Positions 46,030 through 60,423 are shown, counted from the first letter of the stretch. The stretch is DNA of 64,000 nt from Burkholderiales bacterium (GCA_019749945.1 JAIEPF010000016.1:93269-157268), one strand, 5' to 3'. Numbers and translations: made by a program. Notes: generated from the sequence alone by a model not told the origin.

Positions 46030-47727
46030 ATGCAATTGTCGGGTGCAGAGATCGTTGTGCGCTGTCTGCAGGAAGAAGGTATTGACCATATCTTCGGCTA
46101 TCCGGGCGGCGCCGTGTTGTTCCTGTATGACGAGTTGTTCAAACAGGACAAAGTAAAACATGTGCTGGTTCGCCATGAGCAGGCGGCGGTGCATGCGGCC
46201 GACGCATACGCGCGGTCAACCGACAAGGTCGGTGTCGCGCTGGTGACTTCCGGTCCCGGCGTGACCAATGCGATCACCGGCATTGCCACGGCGTACATGG
46301 ATTCCATTCCGATGGTGATCCTGACCGGGCAGGTGCCTACGCACGCCATCGGCGAAGACGCCTTCCAGGAATGCGATACCGTCGGCATCACGCGGCCCTG
46401 CGTGAAGCACAATTTCCTGGTGAAGGACATCAGGGATCTGGCGCTGACCATCAAGAAGGCGTTTTACATCGCCGCGACTGGCCGGCCGGGTCCGGTGGTT
46501 GTCGATATTCCCAAGGACATCACCGCGATGAAGACTGACTTCGAGTATCCGAAGTCGATCGCGATGCGTTCGTACAACCCCGTGGTCAAGGGGCATGCCG
46601 GCCAGATCAAGAAGGCGGTGAAGCTGCTGCTCGAAGCCAAGCGTCCGATGATTTACACCGGTGGCGGCGTGATCCTTGGCGATGCTTCCGCGGAACTCGC
46701 GCAGCTGGTGAAGCTGATCGGTTTTCCGTGCACCAACACGCTGATGGGGCTGGGCGGATTCCCGGCCACCGACCGCCATTTCCTCGGCATGCTCGGCATG
46801 CATGGCACCTATGAAGCCAACATGGCCATGCAGCATTGCGACGTGCTGCTCGCCGTCGGCGCGCGGTTCGATGACCGCGTGATCGGCAATCCCAAACATT
46901 TCTTCGAGCAGCCGCGCCAGATCATCCATATCGACATCGACCCCGCTTCGATATCGAAGCGCGTGAAAGTCGACGTGCCGGTGGTGGGCAACGTGGGCGA
47001 AGTGCTGAAGGAGCTGATCCGCCAGATCGAAGCGGCGCGCGGCGGCCCGGACAAGGAGGCGCTGAAAGCCTGGTGGACGCAGATCGAACAGTGGCGAGGG
47101 CGCGACTGTCTGAAGTACGACCGTTCGAGCGCGATCATCAAGCCGCAATTCGTGATCGAGAAACTGTATCAGGTGACCAAGGGCGATGCATTCATCACCT
47201 CGGATGTCGGCCAGCACCAGATGTGGGCGGCGCAATTCTACAAATTCGACAAGCCGCGGCGCTGGATCAATTCCGGCGGCCTGGGCACGATGGGTGTCGG
47301 CCTGCCGTACGCGATGGGCGTGCAGATGGCGCATCCCCGGGCACAGGTGGCCTGTGTGACCGGCGAAGCCTCGATCCAGATGTGCATCCAGGAACTGTCA
47401 ACCTGCAAACAATACCGCCTGCCGTTGAAGCTGGTGAATCTGAACAACCGCTACATGGGCATGGTGCGGCAGTGGCAGGAGTTTTTCCACGGCAACCGCT
47501 ACTCCGAGTCGTACATGGACGCGTTGCCGGATTTCGTCAAGCTGGCCGAGTCCTATGGCCATGTCGGCATGCGTATCGACAAGCCGGCTGATGTCGAGCC
47601 GGCGCTGAAAGAGGCGTTTGCCCGCAAGAAGGATCTGGTATTCCTGGACTTCATCACCGACCAGACTGAAAACGTGTTCCCGATGGTGCCCGGCGGCAAG
47701 GGCCTCTCGGAAATGATCCTGGTCTGA
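46030..47727 (+). CDS. ilvI: Acetolactate synthase large subunit
   Basis: FGYPGGAV, RHEQ, GRPGPV, MLGMHG, DVGQHQMW, SGGLGTMG, GMVRQWQ. Confidence 0.96.
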   Translation: MQLSGAEIVVRCLQEEGIDHIFGYPGGAVLFLYDELFKQDKVKHVLVRHEQAAVHAADAYARSTDKVGVALVTSGPGVTNAITGIATAYMDSIPMVILTGQVPTHAIGEDAFQECDTVGITRPCVKHNFLVKDIRDLALTIKKAFYIAATGRPGPVVVDIPKDITAMKTDFEYPKSIAMRSYNPVVKGHAGQIKKAVKLLLEAKRPMIYTGGGVILGDASAELAQLVKLIGFPCTNTLMGLGGFPATDRHFLGMLGMHGTYEANMAMQHCDVLLAVGARFDDRVIGNPKHFFEQPRQIIHIDIDPASISKRVKVDVPVVGNVGEVLKELIRQIEAARGGPDKEALKAWWTQIEQWRGRDCLKYDRSSAIIKPQFVIEKLYQVTKGDAFITSDVGQHQMWAAQFYKFDKPRRWINSGGLGTMGVGLPYAMGVQMAHPRAQVACVTGEASIQMCIQELSTCKQYRLPLKLVNLNNRYMGMVRQWQEFFHGNRYSESYMDALPDFVKLAESYGHVGMRIDKPADVEPALKEAFARKKDLVFLDFITDQTENVFPMVPGGKGLSEMILV

Positions 47728-47731
47728 TGCC

Positions 47732-48223
47732 ATGAGACACATTATTTCGGTTTTGCTGGAAAACGAAGCGGGCGCGTTGTCCCGGGTCGCCGGGCTGTTT
47801 TCGGCGCGCGGCTACAATATCGAATCGCTGACCGTGGCGCCTACCGAGGACGCAACCCTGTCGCGGATGACCATCGTCACCTCCGGATCCGACGACGTCA
47901 TCGAGCAGATCAACAAGCAGCTGAACAAGCTGATTGACGTGGTCAAGGTCGTGGATCTTTCCGAAGGTGACCATATCGAGCGCGAACTGATGCTGGTGAA
48001 GGTGCGCGCGGTGGGCAAGGATCGTGAAGAGATGAAGCGCATGGCGGATATTTTCCGCGGACGCATCATTGATGTCACCGACAAGGATTACACCATAGAG
48101 CTGACCGGACCGGGTTCGAAACTCGACGCGTTCCTCAAGGCCATCGACCAGACCGCGATTCTTGAAACCGTGCGCACCGGCGCTTCCGGCATCGGCCGCG
48201 GTGACCGCGTTTTAAAGGTTTGA
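47732..48223 (+). CDS. ilvH: Acetolactate synthase small subunit
   Basis: MRHIISVLLENEAGALSRVAGLFSARGYNIESL. Confidence 0.96.
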   Translation: MRHIISVLLENEAGALSRVAGLFSARGYNIESLTVAPTEDATLSRMTIVTSGSDDVIEQINKQLNKLIDVVKVVDLSEGDHIERELMLVKVRAVGKDREEMKRMADIFRGRIIDVTDKDYTIELTGPGSKLDAFLKAIDQTAILETVRTGASGIGRGDRVLKV

Positions 48224-48260
48224 GGGGGCGGGCAGGGTGTTTGCCCATGCCCGCGCATGA

Positions 48261-49307
<1,047 letters not shown>

Positions 49308-49400
49308 CAAGCACGCAAACAGCGACGTGAAAGGCGGTTTTTGCCGGGGAATTTGCCTCGAACGGCGAGCCCTGCGTAAACCGCCTTTCGCCATTTGCCT

Positions 49401-50045
49401 ATGAAACACTATCCCCATCCGATCATTGCCCGAGAGGGCTGGCCGTTTATTGCCATTGCGCTGGTGGTGACGGTCGGCATCCACGCCTGGGCGGGTTTCG
49501 GCTGGGCGGCGTTTCCGTGGTTTATCGTCATTTTCATGATCCAGTTTTTCCGCGATCCGCAGCGGAGAATTCCCGGTGAAGCCGGTGTGGTGCTGTCCCC
49601 CGCTGACGGGCGCATCGTGTCGGTGGAAAAAACCCGCGATCCCTACCTCGAACGCGATGCACTGAAGATCAGCGTGTTCATGAATGTGTTCAACGCGCAT
49701 TCCAACCGCAGTCCGGTGGACGGCGTGGTGGAGAAGACCTGGTATTTTCCCGGCAAGTTTTTCAACGCCGATCTGGCCAAGGCTTCCACCGAAAACGAGC
49801 GCGCGGTGATTTACCTGCGTACACCTGCCGGCCAGGATGTGACCTGCGTGCAGGTTGCCGGACTGATTGCTCGGCGCATCCTCTGTTACGCCAAAGAAGG
49901 GCAGCAACTGGCGCGCGGGCAGCGTTTTGGTTTTATCCGTTTTGGCTCCCGTGTCGACGTTTATTTGCCCCTTGCCGCAATGCCGCGGGTCACCGTCGGC
50001 GACAAGGTCTACGCGACCGAGACCGTGCTGGCTGCCTTGCCTTGA
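49401..50045 (+). CDS. psd: Phosphatidylserine decarboxylase
   Basis: FFRDP, SPADG, HSNRSP, NER, RFGSRVD autocleavage site. Confidence 0.94.
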   Translation: MKHYPHPIIAREGWPFIAIALVVTVGIHAWAGFGWAAFPWFIVIFMIQFFRDPQRRIPGEAGVVLSPADGRIVSVEKTRDPYLERDALKISVFMNVFNAHSNRSPVDGVVEKTWYFPGKFFNADLAKASTENERAVIYLRTPAGQDVTCVQVAGLIARRILCYAKEGQQLARGQRFGFIRFGSRVDVYLPLAAMPRVTVGDKVYATETVLAALP

Positions 50046-50098
50046 AGCCCGCCGGACTTTCCTGACGCCGCCCGGGGCTATGGTTTAAGATGCCCATC

Positions 50099-50914
50099 AT
50101 GACCGAACTCAAGGAAAACAAGGCCTTCATCAAATCCCGCTTTGCGCGGCGCGGGATTTACTGGCTGCCCAACATGTTTACCCTGGCGGCGCTGTTCGCC
50201 GGTTTTTACGCCATTGTGCAAGCGGTCGGCGGCCGTTTCGAACAGGCGGCGATCGCCATATTCGTTGCGCTGGTGCTGGACGGGCTGGATGGCCGTGTGG
50301 CGCGACTGACCCATACTCAGAGCGCATTCGGCGCCGAACTCGACAGCCTGTCCGACATGGTGTCCTTCGGCGTGGCGCCGGCGCTGGTGGTTTATGTCTG
50401 GGCGTTGAAGGATTTCGCCGCGATGAAAACGGTGCCGCTGCTCGGGCCGTGGCTGTCGACCAAGCTGGGCTGGATCGCGGCCTTTGTTTATTGCGCCTGC
50501 GCGGCGCTGCGGCTGGCGCGCTTCAATACCAATATCGATGTCGTCGACAAACGGTTTTTCCAGGGACTGCCCAGCCCCGCGGCTGCAGCGCTGGTCGCCG
50601 GTCTGGTGCTGGCCATGTCGGAATATCAGGTCAAGGGTGCCGACGTGAAATGGCTGGCCTGGGGATTGACGCTGGTGGCCGGCCTGACCATGGTCAGCAA
50701 TCTGCGTTTTTACAGCGGCAAGGACATCAACCTGCGCAAAAGCGTGCCGTTTTCGGCGGTGGTCGCGATTGCACTGGGTTTTGTGTTGCTGATTTCGTTT
50801 GCAAACACGCTGCCCGAGATGTTGTTCACGCTGTTCGGACTGTACGGTCTTTCGGGATATGCGCTGTGGGTCTATGACCGCTTTCGCCGCAAAACCTCGC
50901 CGGCCCCCGAATAG
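50099..50914 (+). CDS. pssA: CDP-diacylglycerol--serine O-phosphatidyltransferase
   Basis: LPNMFT, DGLDGRVAR...FGAELDSLSD, RLARFN, FQGLPSP. Start at 50090 or 50099. Confidence 0.94.
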   Translation: MTELKENKAFIKSRFARRGIYWLPNMFTLAALFAGFYAIVQAVGGRFEQAAIAIFVALVLDGLDGRVARLTHTQSAFGAELDSLSDMVSFGVAPALVVYVWALKDFAAMKTVPLLGPWLSTKLGWIAAFVYCACAALRLARFNTNIDVVDKRFFQGLPSPAAAALVAGLVLAMSEYQVKGADVKWLAWGLTLVAGLTMVSNLRFYSGKDINLRKSVPFSAVVAIALGFVLLISFANTLPEMLFTLFGLYGLSGYALWVYDRFRRKTSPAPE

Positions 50915-50956
50915 CCGGCTTGCATGCCTGGAAAAAAGCCGATATATTTCATTCGT

Positions 50957-51052
50957 ATGGAACGTTTAACGCAGACCCAGAAGCTTTTTCAGCTTTCCTC
51001 CGTTGCCGCGCTTGCGCTGGCCGGTCTGCTGCTGCGCGGCCGCGCGCGCTAA
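50957..51052 (+). CDS. Putative leuA leader peptide (31 aa, 8 Leu)
   Basis: Manual translation MERLTQTQKLFQLSSVAALALAGLLLRGRAR*, ending 111 bp before leuA. Confidence 0.72.
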   Translation: MERLTQTQKLFQLSSVAALALAGLLLRGRAR

Positions 51053-51163
51053 CCCCCCCCTCCCATTTTGTAGTGCTTTCAGTCCGGCCCGGAACACGGT
51101 GCCGGGAACCCCGATTGCGGGCGCGCAATGATTGCGCCCGGCGCAAAGACTGAGGTTTGAATC

Positions 51164-52705
51164 ATGCCCCAAGATAAATTGATCATATTTGATACGACCA
51201 TGCGTGATGGTGAGCAGAGCCCCGGCGCGTCGATGAGCAGGGACGACAAGCTGCGCATTGCGCGGCAACTGGAGCGCATGCGCGTGGATGTCATCGAGGC
51301 CGGATTTCCGGCCGCGAGTGACGGTGATTTTGAATCGGTGCAGGCGGTCGCGCGCGCAATCAAGGACAGCACCATCTGCGGTCTGGCGCGCGCCAACGAG
51401 CGCGACATCCGCCGTTGTGGCGAGGCGGTCGGGGTGGCGGCGCGGCCGCGCATTCACACCTTCATTGCGACTTCACCGATCCACATGGAAAAGAAGCTGC
51501 GCATGGAGCCTTCACAGGTCATTGATCAGGCGGTGCGTGCGATCAAGTGGGCGCGGGAATATACCGATAACGTGGAATTTTCGCCGGAGGATGCCGGCCG
51601 TTCTGACCTTGATTTCCTGTGCCGCATCCTCGAACAGGTGATCAAGGCCGGCGCTAAAACCATCAACGTGCCGGACACGGTGGGGTATACCTTGCCCGAC
51701 CAGTTCGGGCGGCTGATCAAAAACCTGCGCGAACGCATCCCCAATGCCGATCAGGTGATCTGGTCGGTGCACTGCCACAACGACCTCGGACTGGCGGTCG
51801 CCAACTCACTGGCCGCGGTGCAGAACGGCGCGCGCCAGGTGGAATGCACCATCAACGGTCTCGGCGAGCGCGCCGGCAACGCGGCGCTGGAGGAGATCGT
51901 GATGGCGGTGCGCACGCGCCAGGACCTTTTTTCCTGCGATACCAATATCGATATTACGCAGATCGTTCCGGCCTCGAAACTCGTGTCCGGCATCACCGGT
52001 TATCCGGTGCAGCCGAACAAGGCCATTGTCGGCGCCAATGCGTTTGCGCATGAATCGGGGATTCACCAGGATGGCGTGCTGAAGCATCGCGAGACCTACG
52101 AAATCATGAGCGCGGAATCGGTGGGCTGGACCACCAACCGGCTGACGCTGGGCAAGTTGTCCGGACGCAATGCCTTCAAGACGCGCCTGCACGAAATCGG
52201 CGTCGATCTGGAGTCGGAAGAGGCGCTGAACGCCGCGTTCAAGCGCTTCAAGGAACTCGCCGACAAGAAACGCGAGATTTTCGACGAGGACCTGCACGCG
52301 CTGATTACCGAGGAAAATCTCGAACACATCGAAAACGAGCGTTACAATCTGGTCTCGCTGACTGCGCATTCCGAAACCGGCGAGCAGCCCTATGCGCGCA
52401 TTGTCATGTCCGACGAGGGTCGGGAGCTGCCCTCGCAGTCGGAAGGCAGCGGGCCGGTGGATGCCGCGTTCAAGGCGATCGAGGCGCTGGTGGCGAGCAA
52501 GGCCGAATTGCTGCTCTATTCGGTCAATGCCATCACCACCGGCACCGATGCCCAGGGCGAGGTGACGGTGCGGCTGTCGAAAGACGGACGCATCGTCAAC
52601 GGCCAGGGTGCGGATACCGATATCGTGGTGGCTTCCGCCAAGGCCTACATCAACGCGCTGAACAAGCTTTGCGCCAAAGCGGAGCGGCTGAATCCGCAGC
52701 TCTGA
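51164..52705 (+). CDS. leuA: 2-isopropylmalate synthase
   Basis: [33 protein letters not shown]-terminal regulatory domain. Confidence 0.97.
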   Translation: MPQDKLIIFDTTMRDGEQSPGASMSRDDKLRIARQLERMRVDVIEAGFPAASDGDFESVQAVARAIKDSTICGLARANERDIRRCGEAVGVAARPRIHTFIATSPIHMEKKLRMEPSQVIDQAVRAIKWAREYTDNVEFSPEDAGRSDLDFLCRILEQVIKAGAKTINVPDTVGYTLPDQFGRLIKNLRERIPNADQVIWSVHCHNDLGLAVANSLAAVQNGARQVECTINGLGERAGNAALEEIVMAVRTRQDLFSCDTNIDITQIVPASKLVSGITGYPVQPNKAIVGANAFAHESGIHQDGVLKHRETYEIMSAESVGWTTNRLTLGKLSGRNAFKTRLHEIGVDLESEEALNAAFKRFKELADKKREIFDEDLHALITEENLEHIENERYNLVSLTAHSETGEQPYARIVMSDEGRELPSQSEGSGPVDAAFKAIEALVASKAELLLYSVNAITTGTDAQGEVTVRLSKDGRIVNGQGADTDIVVASAKAYINALNKLCAKAERLNPQL

Positions 52706-52738
52706 TCAAGGTGCACGTGCAATACAGGAAAGACGGGC

Positions 52739-52907
52739 ATGCTGAAATGGCTGGTCACGCTGCTCGTCGTACTGTTTGCGCTGGGCCTGCTGCGGCCGCT
52801 ACTGGTCAAATTGGGTCTGGGCCGCCTGCCCGGTGATCTTGAACTGCAGCACCGCGGGCGGAAGTTTTATTTCCCTCTGGCCACCAGTATCATTTTTTCG
52901 CTGGTGA

Positions 52908-52933
<26 letters not shown>
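52739..52933 (+). CDS. DUF2905-like small membrane protein
   Basis: GLGRLPGD...FYFPLATSI. Confidence 0.85.
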
Positions 52934-54502
<1,569 letters not shown>

Positions 54503-54515
<13 letters not shown>

Positions 54516-56215
54516 ACCATTGATTTTATTGAGTTTTTTGCTTCGTTCAGAGACAGGTTGCGGGCCTCGGCATCGCGCCGGCCTTTGTATTCGATCTGGC
54601 CTTCCTTCAGGCCACGGTCGCCGATGACCACACGGTGTGGCACGCCGATCAACTCCATGTCGGCGAACATCGCGCCGGGGCGTTCGTCGCGATTGTCGAG
54701 CAGCACATCAATACCCTCAGCCTGCAGATCGGCATACAACTGATCGGCCGCCGCCTTGACCTGCGCGCTCTTGTGGTAACCGATGGGCACGATGGCGACA
54801 TCAAAGGGCGCGATGGCGCGCGGAAACATGATGCCGCGTTCGTCATGGTTCTGTTCGATGGCGGCGGCGACGATGCGCGTGACGCCGATGCCGTAACAGC
54901 CCATTTCCATGATCTGTGTTTTGCCCGCCTCGTCGAGGAATCCCAGTTTGAGGGCCTCGGAATACTTGGTGCGCAGCTGGAAAATGTGGCCGACTTCAAT
55001 ACCGCGGCAGAGCTCCAGCGTGCCCTTGCCGTCGGGCGAGGGATCGCCGGTGACGACATTGCGGATATCGGCAACAGCGGGCTCGGCGAAATCACGGCCG
55101 ATGTTGGCGCCGGTGTAATGATGATCGTTGGCATTGGCGCCGATGACAAAATCCGCCATGGCCATCACGGCGCGATCGGCGATCACGGTTCCCTTGAAGC
55201 CCGCCGGGCCCAGCGAACCGGGATCGGCGCCGAATGCGGCGCGAATGGATTCCACGGATGAAAATGTCACCGGCTGCTTCAACTGCGTCAGCTTGCCGGC
55301 CTTGATCATGTTCAGTTCGTGATCCCCGCGCACCAGCAGCAGCACCGGTTTGCCGTCGGCGCCGTCGACGACCACGGCCTTGACGGTATGCTGCGCCGGC
55401 ACTTTGAGGAAAGCGCACAACTCGGCGATGGTTTTGACGCCGGGGGTATGCACTTTCTGCAGGGGCAATATTGCCGCCGCGCGCGTCGTGGCCGGGGCCA
55501 CGGCTTCCGCCAGCTCGACATTCGCTGCGTAGTCGGATTGCGGGCAATAGGCGATGGCGTCCTCGCCGGAATCGGCGAGGACATGGAATTCATGCGAGCC
55601 GGTGCCGCCGATCGAGCCGGTGTCGGCGGCGACGGCGCGGAATTTCAGCCCGAGCCGCGTGAATATGCGGCTGTAGGTGTCGTGCATGTTGCGGTACTCG
55701 CGCACCAGGTCGGCGTAACTGGCATGGAAGGAATAGGCGTCCTTCATCACGAACTCGCGCCCGCGCATGACGCCGAAACGCGGCCGGATCTCGTCGCGGA
55801 ACTTGGTCTGGATCTGGTAGAAATTCAGCGGCAGCTGGCGGTAGCTTTTGACCTCTCGCCGCACCACGTCGCTGACCACTTCCTCGTGCGTCGGGCCGAA
55901 ACAGAAATCGCGCTGGTGGCGGTCCTTGATGCGCAGCAGTTCGGGGCCGTACTGTTCCCAGCGCGTCGATTCCTGCCACAGCTCGGCAGGCTGCACAGCC
56001 GGCATCAGCAGTTCGATGGCGCCGCCGCGGTTCATTTCCTCGCGGATGATGTTCTCGACCCTGCGCAGCACGCGCAGGCCCAGCGGCATCCAGGTGTACA
56101 CGCCGCTGGTCAGGCGTTTGATCAAACCGGCGCGCAGCATGAGCTTGTGGCTGATGACTTCCGCCTCGGAAGGCGCCTCCTTCAGCGTGGAAATGAAAAA
56201 CTGCGAGACACGCAT
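54503..56215 (-). CDS. proS: Proline--tRNA ligase
   Basis: [44 protein letters not shown]. Confidence 0.97.
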
Positions 56216-56281
56216 GCCTGTTCCCGATCCGATAAAACCCTTATTCTACCGAACCTTACGAAACCTCCGCTTTAAATACGC

Positions 56282-57070
56282 ATGAAATTCCTGCCCAAAT
56301 GGCGCTTGCGCAAACCGTCGGAAGACACCGAGACGGTCTATGTCAGCGAGAAGTTCGGCGTGCGTTCCCTGCACATCGGCAGCGACACGGTGCAAAGCGC
56401 CATGCGCCTCGCGCGGCCGAACGACCTCGAGCTGTCCTACACGCGGTCGATGATGGCCTGCCTGCTGTTCCAGCCCGACCCGCGCAACGTGCTGATGATC
56501 GGCCTCGGCGGCGGTTCGGTGGCCAAGTATTTGTATCACCAGCTGCCGGAGGCGAAAGTGCGGGTGCTGGAGCTCGATCCGCAGGTGGTGGCGATTGCCC
56601 GGCAGTGTTTCCTGGTCCCGCCGGATGACGCGCGTTTCCAGATCATCGTCGGTGACGGTGCCGAGTACATGGCGCGTCACGAGGCACGGGCCGATCTCAT
56701 CATGGTCGACGGTTACGACGCGGAATCCCATGTCGAGGCACTGGCGACGCGCGAGTTCTACAATCATTGCCGTGCGCGGCTTGGCGCCGGCGGCGTGCTG
56801 GTGGTAAACCTGTGGGGCGGTGACCGCCAGTTCAATGAAGTCCTCAAACGCATCGAGGCCGTGTTTCCCGACGGCACCCTGTGCCTGCCGGCGCGCAAAC
56901 CGGGCAATGTGATTGCCTTTGGCTTTCGCGATCCGCCGGGCTCGCTGGCCTGGGCGGACCTGGAAAGCCGGGCAGCAGAGCTGGAAGCGCGCCACGGGCT
57001 GGAGTTCCCGCAGTTTGTCGCCGGGCTGGCCGCCATGAACCGCAACGACGCCGCCCACCTTTATCCCTGA
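56282..57070 (+). CDS. Spermidine synthase-like SAM-dependent transferase
   Basis: [36 protein letters not shown]. Confidence 0.82.
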   Translation: MKFLPKWRLRKPSEDTETVYVSEKFGVRSLHIGSDTVQSAMRLARPNDLELSYTRSMMACLLFQPDPRNVLMIGLGGGSVAKYLYHQLPEAKVRVLELDPQVVAIARQCFLVPPDDARFQIIVGDGAEYMARHEARADLIMVDGYDAESHVEALATREFYNHCRARLGAGGVLVVNLWGGDRQFNEVLKRIEAVFPDGTLCLPARKPGNVIAFGFRDPPGSLAWADLESRAAELEARHGLEFPQFVAGLAAMNRNDAAHLYP

Positions 57071-57153
57071 AATCCCTCCGGATTGCGGGCTTTCAATGCC
57101 CGGGGATTTGTGAAAAAATCAATTCCATATGGTTAACAGATTCGGGGATGCCC

Positions 57154-57693
57154 ATGATCGACAGAGACGGCTATCGCCCCAACGTCGGAATCGTTTTGTG
57201 CAATTGCAAAAACGAGGTGTTCTGGGGTAAGCGGGTACGCGAACATTCGTGGCAGTTTCCGCAGGGCGGGATCAATGGCGGCGAACGCCCGGAAGCCGCG
57301 ATGTACCGCGAATTGCACGAAGAAGTCGGCCTGAAGCCGGAGCACGTGCAGGTGCTGGGACGCACCCGCGACTGGCTGCGTTACGAGGTGCCGGAGCGCT
57401 GGCTGCGGCGTGAGTGGCGCGGCAACTACCGCGGCCAGAAACAAATCTGGTTCCTGCTGCGGCTGGTGGGGCGTGATTGCGACGTCTGCCTGCGCACCAC
57501 GGAAAAACCCGAATTCGACGCCTGGCGCTGGCACGATTACTGGGCGCCGACCCAGGATGTCATCGAGTTCAAGCGCGCGGTTTATGAACAGGCTCTCAAC
57601 GAGTTGTCACGGTATCTGGTGCGCAACACCGGTCCGCGAATCCGCCGGGGGGCGTATGCTGGCGATGCAGCTAGTCCGGTAACCGCCAAGTAA
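57154..57693 (+). CDS. rppH: RNA pyrophosphohydrolase
   Basis: [19 protein letters not shown], Nudix box [14 protein letters not shown]. Confidence 0.96.
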   Translation: MIDRDGYRPNVGIVLCNCKNEVFWGKRVREHSWQFPQGGINGGERPEAAMYRELHEEVGLKPEHVQVLGRTRDWLRYEVPERWLRREWRGNYRGQKQIWFLLRLVGRDCDVCLRTTEKPEFDAWRWHDYWAPTQDVIEFKRAVYEQALNELSRYLVRNTGPRIRRGAYAGDAASPVTAK

Positions 57694-57741
57694 TCACATC
57701 CCGGCTGCAACCGCGGCCCGTCAAACCGAAGCGGAGAGCAC

Positions 57742-58335
57742 ATGGCCCGTGAATACCACGCACTGAAATCGACATCGCTGGAGGCCGAGTCGGGGTATGC
57801 GCAACCGGTGCAGAAAGTGCCCGAGCGCGTGCGCATTGAGAGCCCCGCGTTCGAGGTGATGACCGATCTGACCCGGGTTGCCGCGGTCATCATATTGGCG
57901 GGGGACACGGTCGACGAAGCGCACCGCCGCATGATCCAGCGCGGCGTGCGCCTGCTGCTGGTGGTCGATCAGAACCGCAAGGTGCATGGCGTCATCACCG
58001 CCAATGACGTGCTCGGTGAAAAGCCGGTCAAGGTGGCCGTGCAGCGCGGGGTGCCGCGCAGCGAGATCCAAGTCCGCGACATCATGACGCCGCGTGATGC
58101 GCTGCAGGTGCTGGAATTCGACGATGTCAGCGCGGCCAGCGTGGGCCATGTGGTCGCCACGCTGAAGGCGGCAGGGCGCCAGCATACGCTGGTGGTGGAT
58201 CGTGATGATCGCGGGCGCCAGCGCGTGCGCGGCATTTTTTCTGCAACGCAGATTGCGCGCCAGTTGGGCGTGGCGATCACTACCGAAGCCACTGTGCGCA
58301 CGTTTGCGGAAATCGAGGCCGCTTTGGCGCGCTGA
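57742..58335 (+). CDS. CBS-domain protein
   Basis: VMTD, GVRLLLV...GVIT..D, VRDIMTP, GIFS CBS pair. Confidence 0.88.
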   Translation: MAREYHALKSTSLEAESGYAQPVQKVPERVRIESPAFEVMTDLTRVAAVIILAGDTVDEAHRRMIQRGVRLLLVVDQNRKVHGVITANDVLGEKPVKVAVQRGVPRSEIQVRDIMTPRDALQVLEFDDVSAASVGHVVATLKAAGRQHTLVVDRDDRGRQRVRGIFSATQIARQLGVAITTEATVRTFAEIEAALAR

Positions 58336-58412
58336 TCCCCCGTTTGATTGCGGCAATGCCCGCACGGGCAGTTGACGTGACGCGGTGGCCGGAATTAAAC
58401 TCCAATCACAGA

Positions 58413-58427
58413 TTAGATTCAGTCTAA
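58413..58427. promoter_or_regulatory. Fur-family (Irr/PerR-like) 7-1-7 box upstream of rubrerythrin
   Basis: TTAGATT-C-AGTCTAA, one mismatch from a perfect 7-1-7 palindrome. Confidence 0.6.
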
Positions 58428-58497
58428 AACTCTTGATCTGGATGATGTTGTTTGGCTCGGCAAATAAAGTTAATTTATTGATTTTAAAGGAGTTTTT

Positions 58498-58917
58498 ATG
58501 CAACTCAAGAACTCGAAAACCCACGGCAATTTGAAAGCGGCATTTGCCGGCGAATCCCAGGCCAATCGTCGCTACCTCTATTTCGCAGCCAAGGCCGACG
58601 TTGAAGGCCAGAACGATGTGGCCACGGTGTTCCGTTCCACCGCTGAAGGTGAAACCGGTCACGCTCACGGTCACCTCGAATACATGGAAGCCTGCGGCGA
58701 TCCCGCAACCGATCTGCCGATCGGCCGCACCCGCGAAAACCTGAAGGCCGCGATTGCCGGCGAAACCCACGAGTACACCGACATGTATCCGGGCATGGCC
58801 AAAACCGCGCGCGACGAAGGTTTCGGCGAAATCGCCGACTGGTTCGAGACGCTGGCGAAAGCCGAACGTTCGCACGCCAACCGTTTCCAGAAAGCCCTGG
58901 ACGGTCTGGCTGACTGA
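58498..58917 (+). CDS. Short-chain rubrerythrin (no rubredoxin domain)
   Basis: [36 protein letters not shown] di-iron motifs. Confidence 0.95.
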   Translation: MQLKNSKTHGNLKAAFAGESQANRRYLYFAAKADVEGQNDVATVFRSTAEGETGHAHGHLEYMEACGDPATDLPIGRTRENLKAAIAGETHEYTDMYPGMAKTARDEGFGEIADWFETLAKAERSHANRFQKALDGLAD

Positions 58918-58938
58918 TCAGGCCTGTTGTTCGTGATG

Positions 58939-58968
58939 GAAAGAGGCGCGTCTGCGCCTCTTTCTTTT
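58939..58968 (+). terminator. Intrinsic terminator after rubrerythrin
   Basis: GAAAGAGGCGC-GTCT-GCGCCTCTTTC followed by TTTT. Confidence 0.8.
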
Positions 58969-59070
58969 CTGCCGCTGTAAATATTGAAAGTTCCATAAAC
59001 AATGACAAAACATGCACCCGCACAAGCTGTCATGTTTTTTGGAAAATATTAATAAACGGTACTGCACACC

Positions 59071-60423
59071 ATGACTGTACGCGAAGGTAGTCTCGAGCCC
59101 CCCACCAGGCACCCGCTGGACTGGCAGTCGGCTGATTTCTACGACGAAGGCAAACTCAACCACGAGCTTGAGCGCGTTTTTGACATCTGCCACGGCTGCC
59201 GCCGTTGCGTGAATCTGTGCACGGCCTTTCCCAAGCTGTTCGACCTGGTCGATGAAAGCCCGACACTGGAAGTCGACGGCATCCCGAAGAAGGATTACCG
59301 GGAAGTCATCGACCGCTGTTACCTCTGCGACATGTGTTACATGACCAAGTGCCCGTATGTGCCGCCGCACGAATGGAACGTGGATTTCCCGCACCTGATG
59401 CTGCGCGCCAAGGCGGTCAAGTTCCGCAAGGGCGAAACCTCGTTCCGCGACAAGCTGCTGTCGAGCACCGATGCACTGGGCAAGCTGGCCTCGATTCCGG
59501 TGGTGGTGCAGATGGTCAATGCCGCGAACAAGGCGGCACCCGTGCGCAGGCTCATGGACAGCGTGCTGGGCATCCACCAGGATCGCGTGCTGCCCGAATA
59601 CGACAGCGCCAAATTCCGCGCGACGGCGAAACCCGATGCGTCATTCCCGGTCAGGGACGGCAAAACCGCGCCGGGCAAGGTCGCGATTTTTTCGACCTGC
59701 TATGTGAATTACAACGAGCCCGGCATCGGCCACGATTTGCTGAAAGTCCTCGCCCACAACGAGATTCCCGCGATCATCGTCGACAAGGAGGCCTGTTGCG
59801 GCATGCCCAAGCTGGAACTGGGCGACCTTGAAGCCGTGGCGCGCAACAAGGATCTGAACATCCCCGTGCTGGCAAAGCTGGCGCGCGAGGGTTACGCCAT
59901 CCTGACCGCGGTGCCGTCGTGCACGCTGATGTTCAAGCAGGAACTGCCGCTGATGTTCCCGGATGACGCCGAGGTGCAGGCGGTGGCCGAGGCGATGTTC
60001 GATCCCTTCGAATACCTGGTGCTGCGCCACAAGGACGGCCTGCTGAATAAAACCTTCAGCCAGACGCTGGGCAGGGTGTCGTACCACATCCCCTGCCACC
60101 TGCGGGTGCAGAACATGGGGCAGAAGACCCGGGAACTGCTGGAAATGATCCCGGGCACCACGGTCACCACCGTCGAGCGCTGCGCCGGTCATGACGGCAC
60201 CTGGGGCGTCAAAAGCGAATTTTTCGAGCAGTCGATGAAAATCGGCCGCCCGGTGTTCCGCCTGATGAACGATGCCGCACCGGATTACATCAGCTCCGAC
60301 TGCGCGATCGCCGGCCGCCATATCCAGCAGGGTATTAATGGATCGGGCGACAACGAAGCGGGCGGCAGCAAAGCGCAGAAGCAGCATCCCATCACATTGA
60401 TACGCATAGCCTACGGACTTTGA
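59071..60423 (+). CDS. Fe-S oxidoreductase (GlpC/HdrD-like, CCG domains)
   Basis: CHGCRRCVNLC, CYLCDMC...CP, CCGMP, PCH, CAGH, SSDC. Confidence 0.9.
   Translation: MTVREGSLEPPTRHPLDWQSADFYDEGKLNHELERVFDICHGCRRCVNLCTAFPKLFDLVDESPTLEVDGIPKKDYREVIDRCYLCDMCYMTKCPYVPPHEWNVDFPHLMLRAKAVKFRKGETSFRDKLLSSTDALGKLASIPVVVQMVNAANKAAPVRRLMDSVLGIHQDRVLPEYDSAKFRATAKPDASFPVRDGKTAPGKVAIFSTCYVNYNEPGIGHDLLKVLAHNEIPAIIVDKEACCGMPKLELGDLEAVARNKDLNIPVLAKLAREGYAILTAVPSCTLMFKQELPLMFPDDAEVQAVAEAMFDPFEYLVLRHKDGLLNKTFSQTLGRVSYHIPCHLRVQNMGQKTRELLEMIPGTTVTTVERCAGHDGTWGVKSEFFEQSMKIGRPVFRLMNDAAPDYISSDCAIAGRHIQQGINGSGDNEAGGSKAQKQHPITLIRIAYGL

Noticed and set aside
51053-51060. C8 tract as a phase-variation switch
   Set aside because: It is short and non-coding, and is better explained as part of the leuA leader.
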